This document shows positions 1-11,031 of a DNA stretch of 64,000 bases, piece after piece. A program made the position numbers and the translations under genes. The notes under the pieces were generated by a model that had not been told where the DNA came from, ran no database searches, and saw only the letters and a program-made list of their open reading frames with translations. The stretch covers positions 29,723 through 93,722 of the IMG/VR virus record IMGVR_UViG_3300013137_002966. The stretch is one strand, 5' to 3'. Positions within the stretch are counted from its first letter, which is position 1; the number at the start of each line of letters is the position of its first letter. The stretch comes from a virus.

Positions 1-192
1 AGCCAATCCTAAACTTATACCCATTTGTGATTCTTCCATTACAGGCATTTCTATTATTTTTTCTTTAGGTACATTATTAATTGTACCTGACATTGGATTT
101 CCGTACCATAGCAACTGTTGACCAATAAAAATAGTATCGTCTTTTTTTCCTAATTCTGTCATTGAATTAGTTAATCTTTCTTTATAACTCAT
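1..192 (-). CDS. TPP-dependent E1 beta / transketolase pyrimidine-binding subunit (runs off window edge)
   Basis: Not in ORF track; ATG at 192 gives MSYKERLTNSMTELGKKDDTIFIGQQ...IIEMPVMEESQMGISLGLA, matching the E1-beta PxxE-G-GLA pattern. Confidence 0.8.
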   Translation of the reverse strand, partial: MSYKERLTNSMTELGKKDDTIFIGQQLLWYGNPMSGTINNVPKEKIIEMPVMEESQMGISLGLA

Positions 193-206
193 CGTTTAAT
201 ATATTT

Positions 207-2285
207 TTAATTTTTAATTAGATTTATTAAAAATTTTCTATCATATTCTCCATATGACAATTCAATCATTTTGTTTTGATTTTTAATAAATCTTTCTTTA
301 TTTTTATTATAAAAGTCGATAAAAAATTCTTTATTACTATAAATTCTTTGTATTTCATTAAAAATTCTGAATAATCTTTCTCTAGGATTTTCTATATTAT
401 CATAATCATGATTAATTACATCATCAAAAAAATCAAAATCATATAATCTTTTCATCTCTTTAATGTGTTCGTGATTTGCTATGATAATTGGAAATTGTAG
501 AGCATAAAAAGGTTTAAATGATTTTTCAGTAATATGTATTGTATTTGAACAAAATTCTGTTTCAGTTGCAATATTTACATATGAATTTTCATACGTTTGT
601 TTTTCATAAATTATTCCCCAGTTAACTACAGTATAAAAATCTTCTCTATTATCAAACCAGGTTTTATCCTCTTCATATTTACTTTTCTTTTGATCTATAT
701 TTTTAAAATATTCTATTTCTGAAGACAAATCATTAATATCATTTTCATTAAAAACACAAGAATAAAAACCTTTAACATCTTTACTATCAAATAACCAACC
801 GTTTACTAATGACCAATCGACATCTTTTAATATGTCATATTTTTTTAATAGACAAAGTATTCCATATCTATGTGGTCTTGGCCTTTTATTATGACATAGA
901 AAAAACTCTCCTTTTTTATCAAGATTAAAATCAATCTTACCTATTGAATTTTCAAAAGATTTAGTGGTAAACTCTATTAATCTTTGAGTTGAATGCACAT
1001 TTATATCAGAATTTAATTCTATTTTATATTGATTCAATTTTGGATTATTATTTGATAACCATAATTGATTTTGATTTAAGTTTAATTTTTTTGTCCAATT
1101 ATGAAGTAATAAAAATGTTTGATATGACTCCGATTCTTGATCATTCATAAATATAATATTTAAATTTTTGAACGATTTCCAGTATTCAATAACTTCTGGT
1201 AATAAAGGCGATTCATTATTTAATAGTTTTTTTTCTATTAGATTTGGCATAATTGTAATAAAATAGAAGAAATTTTTATCTGGGTAATTTTTTATTTCAC
1301 TAAGTTTATACCTTTCGATATCATCATAAATATTAAACGATTTCATAATACTATCTATAGGCATTAATAAACTGTCTTCATATATAATTTTACAATTAGG
1401 TTCTAATGGACAATTATTTTTTTCATCCCAAGAATCATAAACTAAGTTAATTGTTTTTTTATTTAAATCGAAATTTATATCATTCTCTATTCTTTTTATT
1501 ATATTTTCTGCAATAATCTGATGACATTTTAATGATGGGTGATGGTCTTTTGGCGGATTAATAAAATGTTCAAAATCATTATTTATAGTTAATCCTTCAT
1601 TTTTATTCATCATATGTCTTATGCAATCATATATTTCATTATTATATTTTAACGGTATGAATCTATTATATAGCCATATATCATCTTTAATTAATTGCAA
1701 ATAGTCTTCTTCCCAACATAAGATTAATGTCTTAATTCCTTTATCTTCATAAAAATGCATTGCATTTCTTACATCATTTAGAATTCTTTCTGATAAATCT
1801 TTTTTCCAATCCTCAAAAGAACATTTCTTTTCTTCAAGTAGCCATTCATAAAAAGTATTTTTGGTGCTGGGTTCGTCTACACAAAAATGATGATTTTCAC
1901 CTTTAAAATTAAAGTAGTATCTATTTCTATGAGGTTGTGATGTTTGAATTATTATATATTCTATTTCATTATATGCAACTTTATCTTCAGCGAGCGATAA
2001 AATTGTATAATTATTTTCATTTTCTAAATTAAATAATTGATCTAAAAATTCTATAGTTTGTGTTTCGGAACCGCCATTTTTCTTAGATACAATTTCAAAG
2101 GTATTAAAATAATTTGCAACTAATCTTGGATATCTTAAAGTTGACATATATAGTCTATGAGCGTATGTTACTAAACTACCATCATATGTATCTGGTGCTG
2201 GTTCCTTTAGAGTTTCTAATCCAGAATAGTAATATAATCCTTGTCCCCAAGTAAACGAGCATCCACCAAAAATTATACCTTTCAT
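207..2285 (-). CDS. SGNH-like domain fused to a glycosyltransferase-like domain
   Basis: N-terminal GCSFTWG...DHHP; C-terminal domain with ITEKSFKPF motif shared with ORFs 5183, 7815 and 9043. Confidence 0.6.
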   Translation of the reverse strand: MKGIIFGGCSFTWGQGLYYYSGLETLKEPAPDTYDGSLVTYAHRLYMSTLRYPRLVANYFNTFEIVSKKNGGSETQTIEFLDQLFNLENENNYTILSLAEDKVAYNEIEYIIIQTSQPHRNRYYFNFKGENHHFCVDEPSTKNTFYEWLLEEKKCSFEDWKKDLSERILNDVRNAMHFYEDKGIKTLILCWEEDYLQLIKDDIWLYNRFIPLKYNNEIYDCIRHMMNKNEGLTINNDFEHFINPPKDHHPSLKCHQIIAENIIKRIENDINFDLNKKTINLVYDSWDEKNNCPLEPNCKIIYEDSLLMPIDSIMKSFNIYDDIERYKLSEIKNYPDKNFFYFITIMPNLIEKKLLNNESPLLPEVIEYWKSFKNLNIIFMNDQESESYQTFLLLHNWTKKLNLNQNQLWLSNNNPKLNQYKIELNSDINVHSTQRLIEFTTKSFENSIGKIDFNLDKKGEFFLCHNKRPRPHRYGILCLLKKYDILKDVDWSLVNGWLFDSKDVKGFYSCVFNENDINDLSSEIEYFKNIDQKKSKYEEDKTWFDNREDFYTVVNWGIIYEKQTYENSYVNIATETEFCSNTIHITEKSFKPFYALQFPIIIANHEHIKEMKRLYDFDFFDDVINHDYDNIENPRERLFRIFNEIQRIYSNKEFFIDFYNKNKERFIKNQNKMIELSYGEYDRKFLINLIKN

Positions 2286-2286
2286 C

Positions 2287-3219
2287 TTATAATAATTTTT
2301 TTTGTATAATTTCCTTATATTCTCTATTTACAATATAATTTCTAGTGCCATAATTATTTTCATAATCATCGTTATCATTTATAATATTTTCATTTGGATT
2401 ATTAGCTAAATCATAATTAGATAAATCTCTATTAATTCTATTAATTATATTTTTTGCCATAACTCTATGACATTTTAATGATGGATGATGATCTTTTGGC
2501 GGATTTTCAAAATGATCATAATCACTATTTATAGTTAATTCACTATTTTCATTCATCATATATCTGATACAATCATAAATTTTATTATTATATTCTAAAG
2601 GTATAAATCTATTATATAGCCATATATCATCTTTAATTAATTGCAAATAATTATCTTCCCAACATAAAATTAATGTCTTAATACCTTTATCTTCATAAAA
2701 TTTTAAAGTATTTTTTACCTTATTAATCCAATCTTTCTCATGTTCTTCTAACCAATTATCAAGAGAATAATGTTTTTCTTCTATTAGCCACTCATAAAAA
2801 TTTGCTTTTGTACTTTGCTCATAAGTAAGAAATTTATTTTTTTGACCTTTATGTGTATAAAAAAATGGATTTCTTACTGGATTTGATGTTTGTAATATAA
2901 TATATTCTACTTCATTGTAGCATAAAGAATCAGTTGTCAGATGTCCAAATCCACTTTCTAATCCAAATAATTGAGATAGAAAATTCATAGATGTTTCTTC
3001 AGAACCTCCATTTTGGTTCGATACTACTTCAAAAGTATTGAAATAATTTGAAACCAATCTAGGATACCTTAACGTTGCAGCATATTTTATATGAGCGGAT
3101 CTTACTAAATTAGCATCATATGTATCTGGTGGAGGTTCCTTTAAAGATTCTAATCCAGAGTAGTAGTATAATCCTTGACCCCAAGTGAACGAACATCCTG
3201 CGAAAACTAAACCTTTCAT
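2287..3219 (-). CDS. SGNH/GDSL-like hydrolase or acyltransferase
   Basis: GCSFTWG and DHHP motifs; close paralog of the N-terminal domain of 207..2285. Confidence 0.6.
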   Translation of the reverse strand: MKGLVFAGCSFTWGQGLYYYSGLESLKEPPPDTYDANLVRSAHIKYAATLRYPRLVSNYFNTFEVVSNQNGGSEETSMNFLSQLFGLESGFGHLTTDSLCYNEVEYIILQTSNPVRNPFFYTHKGQKNKFLTYEQSTKANFYEWLIEEKHYSLDNWLEEHEKDWINKVKNTLKFYEDKGIKTLILCWEDNYLQLIKDDIWLYNRFIPLEYNNKIYDCIRYMMNENSELTINSDYDHFENPPKDHHPSLKCHRVMAKNIINRINRDLSNYDLANNPNENIINDNDDYENNYGTRNYIVNREYKEIIQKKLL

Positions 3220-4187
3220 TTTTTAAATTCTTCTTTATTTTTTAGATACCATTCATATGTAGCTTTTAGAGCATCTTCAATGCTTGTTTTTGGTTCCCAT
3301 CCTAATACTTTTCTGATTTTGTCAGAATTAATTCTTCTTATTGGTATCATTGATGGTTTTCCTTGTATATATTCTATTGGGGTATTAAAATTTGCTAGTT
3401 TTTTGACAATATTTAAAACATCATTAACTGAGTATGTTGTGTTTGAGCCAACATTAAACACAGTATATTCTTCTTGTTTTTCCATTATTAATAATAATGC
3501 ATCAACAAAATCATCAATAAATAGTATATCTCTTAATTCTGTACCATCACCCCATACTGGAATTGGATTCATTTGATCTGCAACCTTACGTATAGTCGCT
3601 GGTGTTACATGACATTTATTAAAATCAAATTTGTCGTGTGGGCCAAATAGATTAGCAGGTCTAACAACTACAGTTAGCATAGGATTTGGTACAAATTTTG
3701 AATACATTTCGCATTGAACCTCAGCGTATCTTTTCATCCAACCAACTGGGTAATAAATTGGAAATGGTTCGTCAAATAAAAAATCTGATTCTTTGACAGG
3801 CTTATCCTTTGTATCAGGATAAACAGAGCTAGAAGATAGAAATATATATTTTCCTACTTTATTTCTATATGCAGCATCAATAAGATAATTATTTATAACT
3901 ACATTGCTAGTAACATGTGCTAATGGATCTAGTTGAGTATCAACAGCATTTGTAGTAAATGCTGCACAATGAAAAACAACATCCATACCTTTTGTTATTT
4001 CTAAACAATAGTCTCTACTGGTTAAATCTCCATGAAAATATTTAACATTATCATATAATATTCTAGGTGTAGTTTTATGTATAGATACAGATACGTTTTC
4101 GTATCCACTGCTAATTAATTTATTGGTTAAATTTTGACCAACTAATCCTGAAGCACCTGTAATTAAAATTTTTAATTCTTTATTCAT
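3216..4187 (-). CDS. NAD-dependent epimerase/reductase (GDP-L-fucose synthase-like)
   Basis: TGASGLVG, RPANLFGPHD, HVTPA, VWGDGTELRD. Confidence 0.85.
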   Translation of the reverse strand: MNKELKILITGASGLVGQNLTNKLISSGYENVSVSIHKTTPRILYDNVKYFHGDLTSRDYCLEITKGMDVVFHCAAFTTNAVDTQLDPLAHVTSNVVINNYLIDAAYRNKVGKYIFLSSSSVYPDTKDKPVKESDFLFDEPFPIYYPVGWMKRYAEVQCEMYSKFVPNPMLTVVVRPANLFGPHDKFDFNKCHVTPATIRKVADQMNPIPVWGDGTELRDILFIDDFVDALLLIMEKQEEYTVFNVGSNTTYSVNDVLNIVKKLANFNTPIEYIQGKPSMIPIRRINSDKIRKVLGWEPKTSIEDALKATYEWYLKNKEEFKK

Positions 4188-4195
4188 GTTTATAT

Positions 4196-5137
4196 TTATT
4201 TTTTATTTTGTTGCTCACTATAATATTTATATGTATTTTCTAATGCCTTATAAAATGTTGTATGAGGTAAAAGATTAAATTCTTTTTGTTTTTTAATATT
4301 CATTTGTCTTCTCATGTCACCATTTGGTTTTGTTGTATCCCATTCTACTTCTACATTTTTTTTACTTATATCTATTAAGTTGTGTATCATACTGTTAATT
4401 GTTATTTCTTCTCCTGAGCCAAAATTTATTGTGACATTTAATCTTTTTTTAAATAAATCTATGATAGCATTAGCAACATCTTCTCCATATACAAAATCTC
4501 TAATTGGTGTGCCATCTCCCCAAGCTGTAAGTTTACCATCTGATTCATATATTTTCTTAACCATAGTTGATATTACTGTACCATTACCAGAAAAATCATC
4601 ATATTCACCAAATATATTAGCAGGTCTAATTATAGACCATTTATCATAATTGTATTGTTGTTTATATGCTGTTAACAGTAATTCTCCAAATCTTTTGGAC
4701 CAGGATGGAAACCAATCAGCTTGTGATGGAAATAATTTCCAGAGATCATCTTCTATAAAGTTTTCTGATGGACCATATACACCAACAGAGCTAACAAAAA
4801 TTAGCCATGTGTCATTTAAATAACACTGATTAATTATTTCTGTATTAATTTTAATTGATGGATATAAAAAATCTACTGGCTGATTTTTTGCTTTTAATGG
4901 AGAACCCTTAACTCCAAAACAGTTGAATACAGCATCAAATTTATAATTTTTAAATAGGTATTTTATATTATCTTCTATTAATAAATCTAGTTTTTCAAAT
5001 ATATAATTTTCGTTATATATTTCTTCCTTAGGCTCCATTTTATCTACTGCTATTACTTTCCAGTTTTTATTTAGACAGTTTTTAGTTAAATAAGAACCGA
5101 CTAGACCACTAGAACCTGTTATTAATATTGTTTTCAT
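4196..5137 (-). CDS. NAD-dependent epimerase/reductase (GDP-fucose synthase-like)
   Basis: TGSSGLVG, RPANIFG, WGDGTPIRDF, KPNGDMRR. Confidence 0.85.
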   Translation of the reverse strand: MKTILITGSSGLVGSYLTKNCLNKNWKVIAVDKMEPKEEIYNENYIFEKLDLLIEDNIKYLFKNYKFDAVFNCFGVKGSPLKAKNQPVDFLYPSIKINTEIINQCYLNDTWLIFVSSVGVYGPSENFIEDDLWKLFPSQADWFPSWSKRFGELLLTAYKQQYNYDKWSIIRPANIFGEYDDFSGNGTVISTMVKKIYESDGKLTAWGDGTPIRDFVYGEDVANAIIDLFKKRLNVTINFGSGEEITINSMIHNLIDISKKNVEVEWDTTKPNGDMRRQMNIKKQKEFNLLPHTTFYKALENTYKYYSEQQNKK

Positions 5138-5182
5138 ATTTTGAATATAGTTTTTTTATTATATAATAAAAAATATTAAAAG

Positions 5183-7780
5183 TTATCTCTTTTCAATGTT
5201 TAAGCCTGACAAATCTATTAGAAAGTTTAGATCTGAATTATCTTTACTTTTTTCAATTATTTTTCTATTATTTTCCATAAATCTACTTTTATTATTAGCA
5301 TAAAATTTTATAAAAAAATCTTTATTTTCATTTATTCTTTTAATTTCATTAGCGAATTTGAAGAGTCTTTCTCTGTGATTTAATTCTTTATCATAATCAT
5401 GATTAATTACATCATCAAAAAAATCAAAATCATATTTTTTCTTAATTTCTTGTATATGATTAGGAGAAGCTAAAATAAGTGGAAATTGTAAAGCATAAAA
5501 GGCTTTAAATGATTTCTCTGAAATATGTATAAGATTTGAATTAAACTCTGTTTCTGTTGTTATATTAAAATAAGAATTTTCAAATGTTCTTTTATCATAT
5601 GTTTTATTCCATTCTATATCACTATTAGTATCTCTATTATCAAACCAATTATATTCGGTTTCGTATTTACTCTTTTTTTGATCAATATTATTAAAATAAA
5701 AAATTTCAGGTAATAAGGAATCCATATCTTCTTCATTAAATACATTTGAATAGAAACCTCTATATGGCTTATTTTTCATTTCCCAGCCATTAACTAAAGA
5801 CCAATCAACATCATTAAGAATATTATATTTTTTTAATAAGACAAGTAGACCATATCTATGAGGTCTTACTTTTCTATTTTGACACATAAAAAATTTACCT
5901 TCTTTTTCAATTTTGAAATCAATTTGACCGATACAACTTATTATAGGCGCAGCTATACTATTAGCTAATTTAACTGTTGAATGAGTATTTATATTACTAT
6001 TTAATGATTTTTTAAATTCTTCTAATTTAGAATTATTATTAGATATCCATAATTGATTTTGATCTAATTCCATTGATTTTGTCCAATTATGTATTGTTAT
6101 AAATGTTTCTTCTGTTTCAGATTCCTGCTCATTCATTATAACAATTATTAGATTTTTAAATTTTTTCCAATAATCTATGACTTCTTGAGGCATAGGTAAT
6201 TGATTAGTATCAATTTTTTCTTTTATTTGTCCAGGAAGTAATGTGATAAAATAGAAGAATTTTTTGTCTGGATATTTTTCTACATCACTTAATTTAAATC
6301 TTTTAATATATTGTTCAGGAAATGTAAGAGAGTTTACCACACTATCAATAGGCATAAAATAACAATTTGTATATAATTTTTTACAATTTGGTTCATTTGG
6401 ATAGTTTTTCTCATCATTGAAATTATCATAAACCAAATTGAAAAAATCATTGATTTTTTGCTGTTCTATAAGATTTTCTGTTTTTATTTGTTTTTGTAAT
6501 TGTTCTTGTGACTGTGGTTGTTCTTGTGATTGTGATAATTGATGTATATATTCTATCTCAATGTCTTGAGTAATCAAATTATTAAAAAAAGTAATATCAT
6601 AATCAAGATTTATCTTTTTTATTTTATTAAGGTTCTCTTCAAATCTTTTTTGATTATTTTTATAGAAATTAATAAAAAAATCTTTATTTTCCTGAATTCT
6701 TTTAACTTCCTCTACAAATTTAAATAATCTATCTCTAGAATTACTGATATTATCATAACTGTGGTTAATTATATCATCAAAGAAATCGAAATCATATATT
6801 TCTTTAAGAGTTCTGATATGATGCTTTGATGCTAATATTAATGGAAATTGAAATCCACAAAATGGCTTAAAAGATTTTTCAGTTATATGAATATCTTCAG
6901 AATTAAATTTCGTTTCAGTAGTTATATTAAAATAAGAATTTTCATATGATTTTTGTATAAAAGGTATATTTTGATTTTTATCGTTAAATCCGGTGAAGTC
7001 TAATTCATATTTACTTTGTTGTCTATTTATATTTGAAAAGAAAATCATTTCATTTCGAAAAATATTCATATCAAGATTTGTAAATATTTCTGAATAATAA
7101 TCATCTATTTTATAACTTTCTTTGAAACACACACCATCTACTAAAGACCAATCTGTATCATATAATAAATTATATTTTTTCATTAATACTAAGAGTGCAT
7201 ATCTATGCACTCTTAATGATTTGTTATGACATAAAAATAAATTTTCTTTTTCTTTTATGAAGTTTACACTAAAATTTGATAGAGCGTATCCAGATGCCCT
7301 TGATGTGTGAGTATTTATTTTGCTATTTAAGTTTTTTTTAAATTCACTTAAATTACTATTATTATTGATTATCCAAAATTGATTAGGATCTAAATTTCTA
7401 GATTCAAGTATTTTATCTAAAAAAATGAAACATTCTTTAGACTCAGACTCACATTGATTTATGAAAATTATTTTTAGATTTTTATTACTTTTTAATAATT
7501 CAATTACCTCATTTGTTAGTGGTAATTCATTTTTTGAAAAAAATGAATTAGTATAAGAATGTCTAAACCATTGTAGATAATAAAAATTCTCATTTGGATA
7601 TTTTATTATATCTTCAATTCTAAAATTTTTATAATTATTAAAATCAAAATCTTCAAGTACTTTGTAGCTTACCCTCCAAGATGATGGTTCGTGTGTATAA
7701 AAATATTTTTGACCGTTAGGATTTGGATTTTCGTTATTTATTTCCCAATCATCATATACTAAATTTAAATACATACTCAT
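5183..7780 (-). CDS. Protein with two tandem glycosyltransferase-like domains
   Basis: Two copies of the NLVYD...HRY...ITEKxFKPF domain joined by a Gln-rich linker. Confidence 0.55.
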   Translation of the reverse strand: MSMYLNLVYDDWEINNENPNPNGQKYFYTHEPSSWRVSYKVLEDFDFNNYKNFRIEDIIKYPNENFYYLQWFRHSYTNSFFSKNELPLTNEVIELLKSNKNLKIIFINQCESESKECFIFLDKILESRNLDPNQFWIINNNSNLSEFKKNLNSKINTHTSRASGYALSNFSVNFIKEKENLFLCHNKSLRVHRYALLVLMKKYNLLYDTDWSLVDGVCFKESYKIDDYYSEIFTNLDMNIFRNEMIFFSNINRQQSKYELDFTGFNDKNQNIPFIQKSYENSYFNITTETKFNSEDIHITEKSFKPFCGFQFPLILASKHHIRTLKEIYDFDFFDDIINHSYDNISNSRDRLFKFVEEVKRIQENKDFFINFYKNNQKRFEENLNKIKKINLDYDITFFNNLITQDIEIEYIHQLSQSQEQPQSQEQLQKQIKTENLIEQQKINDFFNLVYDNFNDEKNYPNEPNCKKLYTNCYFMPIDSVVNSLTFPEQYIKRFKLSDVEKYPDKKFFYFITLLPGQIKEKIDTNQLPMPQEVIDYWKKFKNLIIVIMNEQESETEETFITIHNWTKSMELDQNQLWISNNNSKLEEFKKSLNSNINTHSTVKLANSIAAPIISCIGQIDFKIEKEGKFFMCQNRKVRPHRYGLLVLLKKYNILNDVDWSLVNGWEMKNKPYRGFYSNVFNEEDMDSLLPEIFYFNNIDQKKSKYETEYNWFDNRDTNSDIEWNKTYDKRTFENSYFNITTETEFNSNLIHISEKSFKAFYALQFPLILASPNHIQEIKKKYDFDFFDDVINHDYDKELNHRERLFKFANEIKRINENKDFFIKFYANNKSRFMENNRKIIEKSKDNSDLNFLIDLSGLNIEKR

Positions 7781-7814
7781 ATACAAATTTTAGTTTTTAT
7801 TTATATATAGCTGC

Positions 7815-9050
7815 TTATATGTCCAAATGAATTAAACTGTCAAAAAAATTGTAATCATAATCAAGATTAAGTTTTGATATTTTATTGAAATTCTCTTCAA
7901 ATCTTTTTTTATTATTTTTATAGAAATTGATAAAAAAATCTTTATTTTCCTGAATTTTTTTTACTTCTTCAACAAATTTAAATAATCTATCTCTGTTGTT
8001 TTTGATATTATCGTAATCATGATTAATTATATCGTCAAAGAAATCAAAATCATATATTTCTTTGACTTTTTTGATATGATGTTTTGATGCTAGTATTAAG
8101 GGAAATTGATAAGCCCAAAATGGAATGAATGTTTTTTCTGTTATATGAATATCTTCAGAATTAAAATATGTTTCTGTGGCAATATTAAAATATGAATTTT
8201 CAAAAGTTTTTGGTAAATATGTTGACCTCCATGGTATATTTAGATCATCGTCAAACCAAGTAGTATCTTCTTCATATTTACTCTTCTTTTTATCAATTTT
8301 AGTAAAAAAAGACATTTCAGATTGAAGTTGTCTCATATCATAATCTGTTAGTAATTTTGAATAGAGATCATTAATTTTGGTTGAATTCTTTAATCTTTGA
8401 GCATCTAGAAATGACCAGTCAGTATCATCTAAAATATTATATTTTTTTAATAAAGTTAATAGAGTATATCTTTGTATTCTTGCTGAACGATTATGATTTA
8501 AAAATATATTTTCTTTTTTCGTTATAAAATCGATTTTTTTTCTTTCTGTCATCTCAAATCCTAATGCCTGGGTAGTATGTGTATTTATTTTGCTATTTAA
8601 GTTTTTTTTAAATTCACTTAAATTACTATTATTATTGATTATCCAAAATTGATTAGGATCTAAATTTCTAGATTCAAGTATTTTATCTAAAAATATAAGA
8701 CATTCTTTAGGTTCTATTTCACAATGATTCATGAATATTATTTTTAGATTTTTATTACTTTTTAATAATTCAATTACCTCATTTGTTAGTGGTAATTCAT
8801 TTTTTTCAAAGAACGAATAAGTAAATGAATGTCTAAACCATTGCATATAATAGAAATTTTCATCTGGATATTTTATTATATCTTCAATTTTATAATTTTT
8901 ATAATTATTATAGAAAAAAGATCGAATCGTACTATCACTATTTACCCAAGATGATGGTTCGTGAATATAAAAATTTTTTTGACCGTTAGGATTTGGATTT
9001 TCGTTATTTATCTCCCAATCGTCATATACTAAATTTAAATACTTATTCAT
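7815..9050 (-). CDS. Glycosyltransferase-like domain protein (paralog)
   Basis: Same domain as its neighbours. Confidence 0.55.
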   Translation of the reverse strand: MNKYLNLVYDDWEINNENPNPNGQKNFYIHEPSSWVNSDSTIRSFFYNNYKNYKIEDIIKYPDENFYYMQWFRHSFTYSFFEKNELPLTNEVIELLKSNKNLKIIFMNHCEIEPKECLIFLDKILESRNLDPNQFWIINNNSNLSEFKKNLNSKINTHTTQALGFEMTERKKIDFITKKENIFLNHNRSARIQRYTLLTLLKKYNILDDTDWSFLDAQRLKNSTKINDLYSKLLTDYDMRQLQSEMSFFTKIDKKKSKYEEDTTWFDDDLNIPWRSTYLPKTFENSYFNIATETYFNSEDIHITEKTFIPFWAYQFPLILASKHHIKKVKEIYDFDFFDDIINHDYDNIKNNRDRLFKFVEEVKKIQENKDFFINFYKNNKKRFEENFNKISKLNLDYDYNFFDSLIHLDI

Positions 9051-11031
9051 AGTTTTGTTTTAATTTAAAATGATAAATCTCACCTCCACCACAAAAATGT
9101 ATAGTTGGATATCTATGAATTAATTCAAATCCATTTTTGGTAGCAGCTGACATTAGTTTGTCAGTACGATTATTATTTACAATTAATAGAATGTCAGCAT
9201 CTTCTGTTATCTTACTGGTTATGTTATCAAAAAATTCTATATGAATTTTACAATTATCATCAACTCCCATTCTCACGTCAATATTCCATTTTAGTATCTC
9301 ATTTGTAGATGTTTTATTTTCATATTCTAACCTAGATTTTGTATATTCTTCTAGATTAAAATTACATGGTCCATTTCCGACGACTAAATCAAATAAATGT
9401 TCAACTGGTAATGACTTTACATTATCACTTATATATCCAAACACTTTATCTGAAACATTGTTATTTTTTGCATTATATAAGCAGTTTTCAATTGCTAAAG
9501 GAAGTATATCACTAAAATGTATATTTTCGCATATATTGTTTCCTAACATATCAAAACCAATAATACCAAATCCAGAACACCACTCATATGCGTGCTTATA
9601 TTTCTTTTTTAAATCTTTTTGTAATATATCTATGAAATCAAATCTTGCAGAAGAACCTCCACCATCCAATTGTGACGGATAAATTAAATGTATTCCAGAA
9701 TCTAAAGTTATTTCTATATCTGGTTCTTTATTAATGAATTGTTGATTTTTTAGTTTGATTGCTGTGCTTGACTCAATTGTAGTTGGCTCAATTGTAGTGG
9801 TTGGTTGAATTATTGTTTTTTCAATTTGCCAATTTATTAAACTATCAAAAAAATCATGATCATAATTAAGATTCATATTTTTCATTTTATTGAAATTTTC
9901 TTCAAATCTTTTTTGATTATTATTATAGAAAGTAATAAAAAAATCTTTATTTTCCTGAATTCTTTTTACTTCTTCAACAAATTTAAATAATCTATCTCTA
10001 TGATTACTAATATTATCATAATCATGATTAATTACGTCATCAAAAAAGTCAAAATCATATATTTCTTTAAATTTTTTGATATGATGTTTGGATGCTAATA
10101 TTAATGGAAATTGATAAGCACAGAATGGTTTAAATGACTTTTCTGTTATATGAATCTCTGGTGAATCGAAGAATGTTTCTGTGACAATATTAAAATATGA
10201 ATTTTCAAAAGTTTTTTTATTGTAGATTTCGCCCCATTTTATATTATTTTCATCATCAAACCAATCATATTCAGTTTCATATTTACTTTTTTGTCTTTTT
10301 ATTTGATTAAAATAATTTATTTCTGTTTGTAATAAATTTATATCATAATCTGTAAAAACTTCAAAGTATCGAACATTATCTGAATGATTAATCATAGACC
10401 AATCTGTATAATCAATTATATTATATTTTTTTAGTAAACATAAAACGCCATATCTGTGTGATTTTGGTGATCTATTATGACATAAGAAAATATTCTCTTT
10501 TTTTGTTATAAAGTCTAAATCTATCATATGCTGTTTTAATGCGTATCCTGTTGCCCTAGTTATATGAATATTAATTTCACTATTTAATTCATTTTTATGA
10601 TCTAACATTTTACTACTATTACTAATGAGCCAAAATTGTTTAGGATCTATATCATAAATTTTAAGAATTTTCTCTAATTGAATTAAGCTATTTTTATTTT
10701 CTGCTTCTTGCTCATTTATAAAGATTACTCTTAAATTTTTATTGTTTTTTATTAATTTAATTACATAATCACTAATAGGTAATATGTTATTATCGATGGA
10801 CAACCATCTTATTTCCCTATTCCACATTATATAATAAAAATTTTTATCTGGATTTTTTTCAACTTCTTCAATTCTATAATTTTTATAATTATTATAGTTG
10901 AATGTTCTCATTACATGATCACCGACTGCCCAGGAATTTTCTTTTGTAAAAAAATATTTTTCACCATTTGGATTTGGCTCATTTTTGTCTAGTTTCCAGT
11001 CATCATAAACAAAATTTAAAAAGTCACCCAT
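9043..11031 (-). CDS. GT-like domain plus class I SAM methyltransferase
   Basis: Shared N-terminal domain; C-terminal EWCSGFGIIG and DLVVGNGP; likely start MGDFLN at 11031. Confidence 0.65.
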   Translation of the reverse strand: MGDFLNFVYDDWKLDKNEPNPNGEKYFFTKENSWAVGDHVMRTFNYNNYKNYRIEEVEKNPDKNFYYIMWNREIRWLSIDNNILPISDYVIKLIKNNKNLRVIFINEQEAENKNSLIQLEKILKIYDIDPKQFWLISNSSKMLDHKNELNSEINIHITRATGYALKQHMIDLDFITKKENIFLCHNRSPKSHRYGVLCLLKKYNIIDYTDWSMINHSDNVRYFEVFTDYDINLLQTEINYFNQIKRQKSKYETEYDWFDDENNIKWGEIYNKKTFENSYFNIVTETFFDSPEIHITEKSFKPFCAYQFPLILASKHHIKKFKEIYDFDFFDDVINHDYDNISNHRDRLFKFVEEVKRIQENKDFFITFYNNNQKRFEENFNKMKNMNLNYDHDFFDSLINWQIEKTIIQPTTTIEPTTIESSTAIKLKNQQFINKEPDIEITLDSGIHLIYPSQLDGGGSSARFDFIDILQKDLKKKYKHAYEWCSGFGIIGFDMLGNNICENIHFSDILPLAIENCLYNAKNNNVSDKVFGYISDNVKSLPVEHLFDLVVGNGPCNFNLEEYTKSRLEYENKTSTNEILKWNIDVRMGVDDNCKIHIEFFDNITSKITEDADILLIVNNNRTDKLMSAATKNGFELIHRYPTIHFCGGGEIYHFKLKQNYE

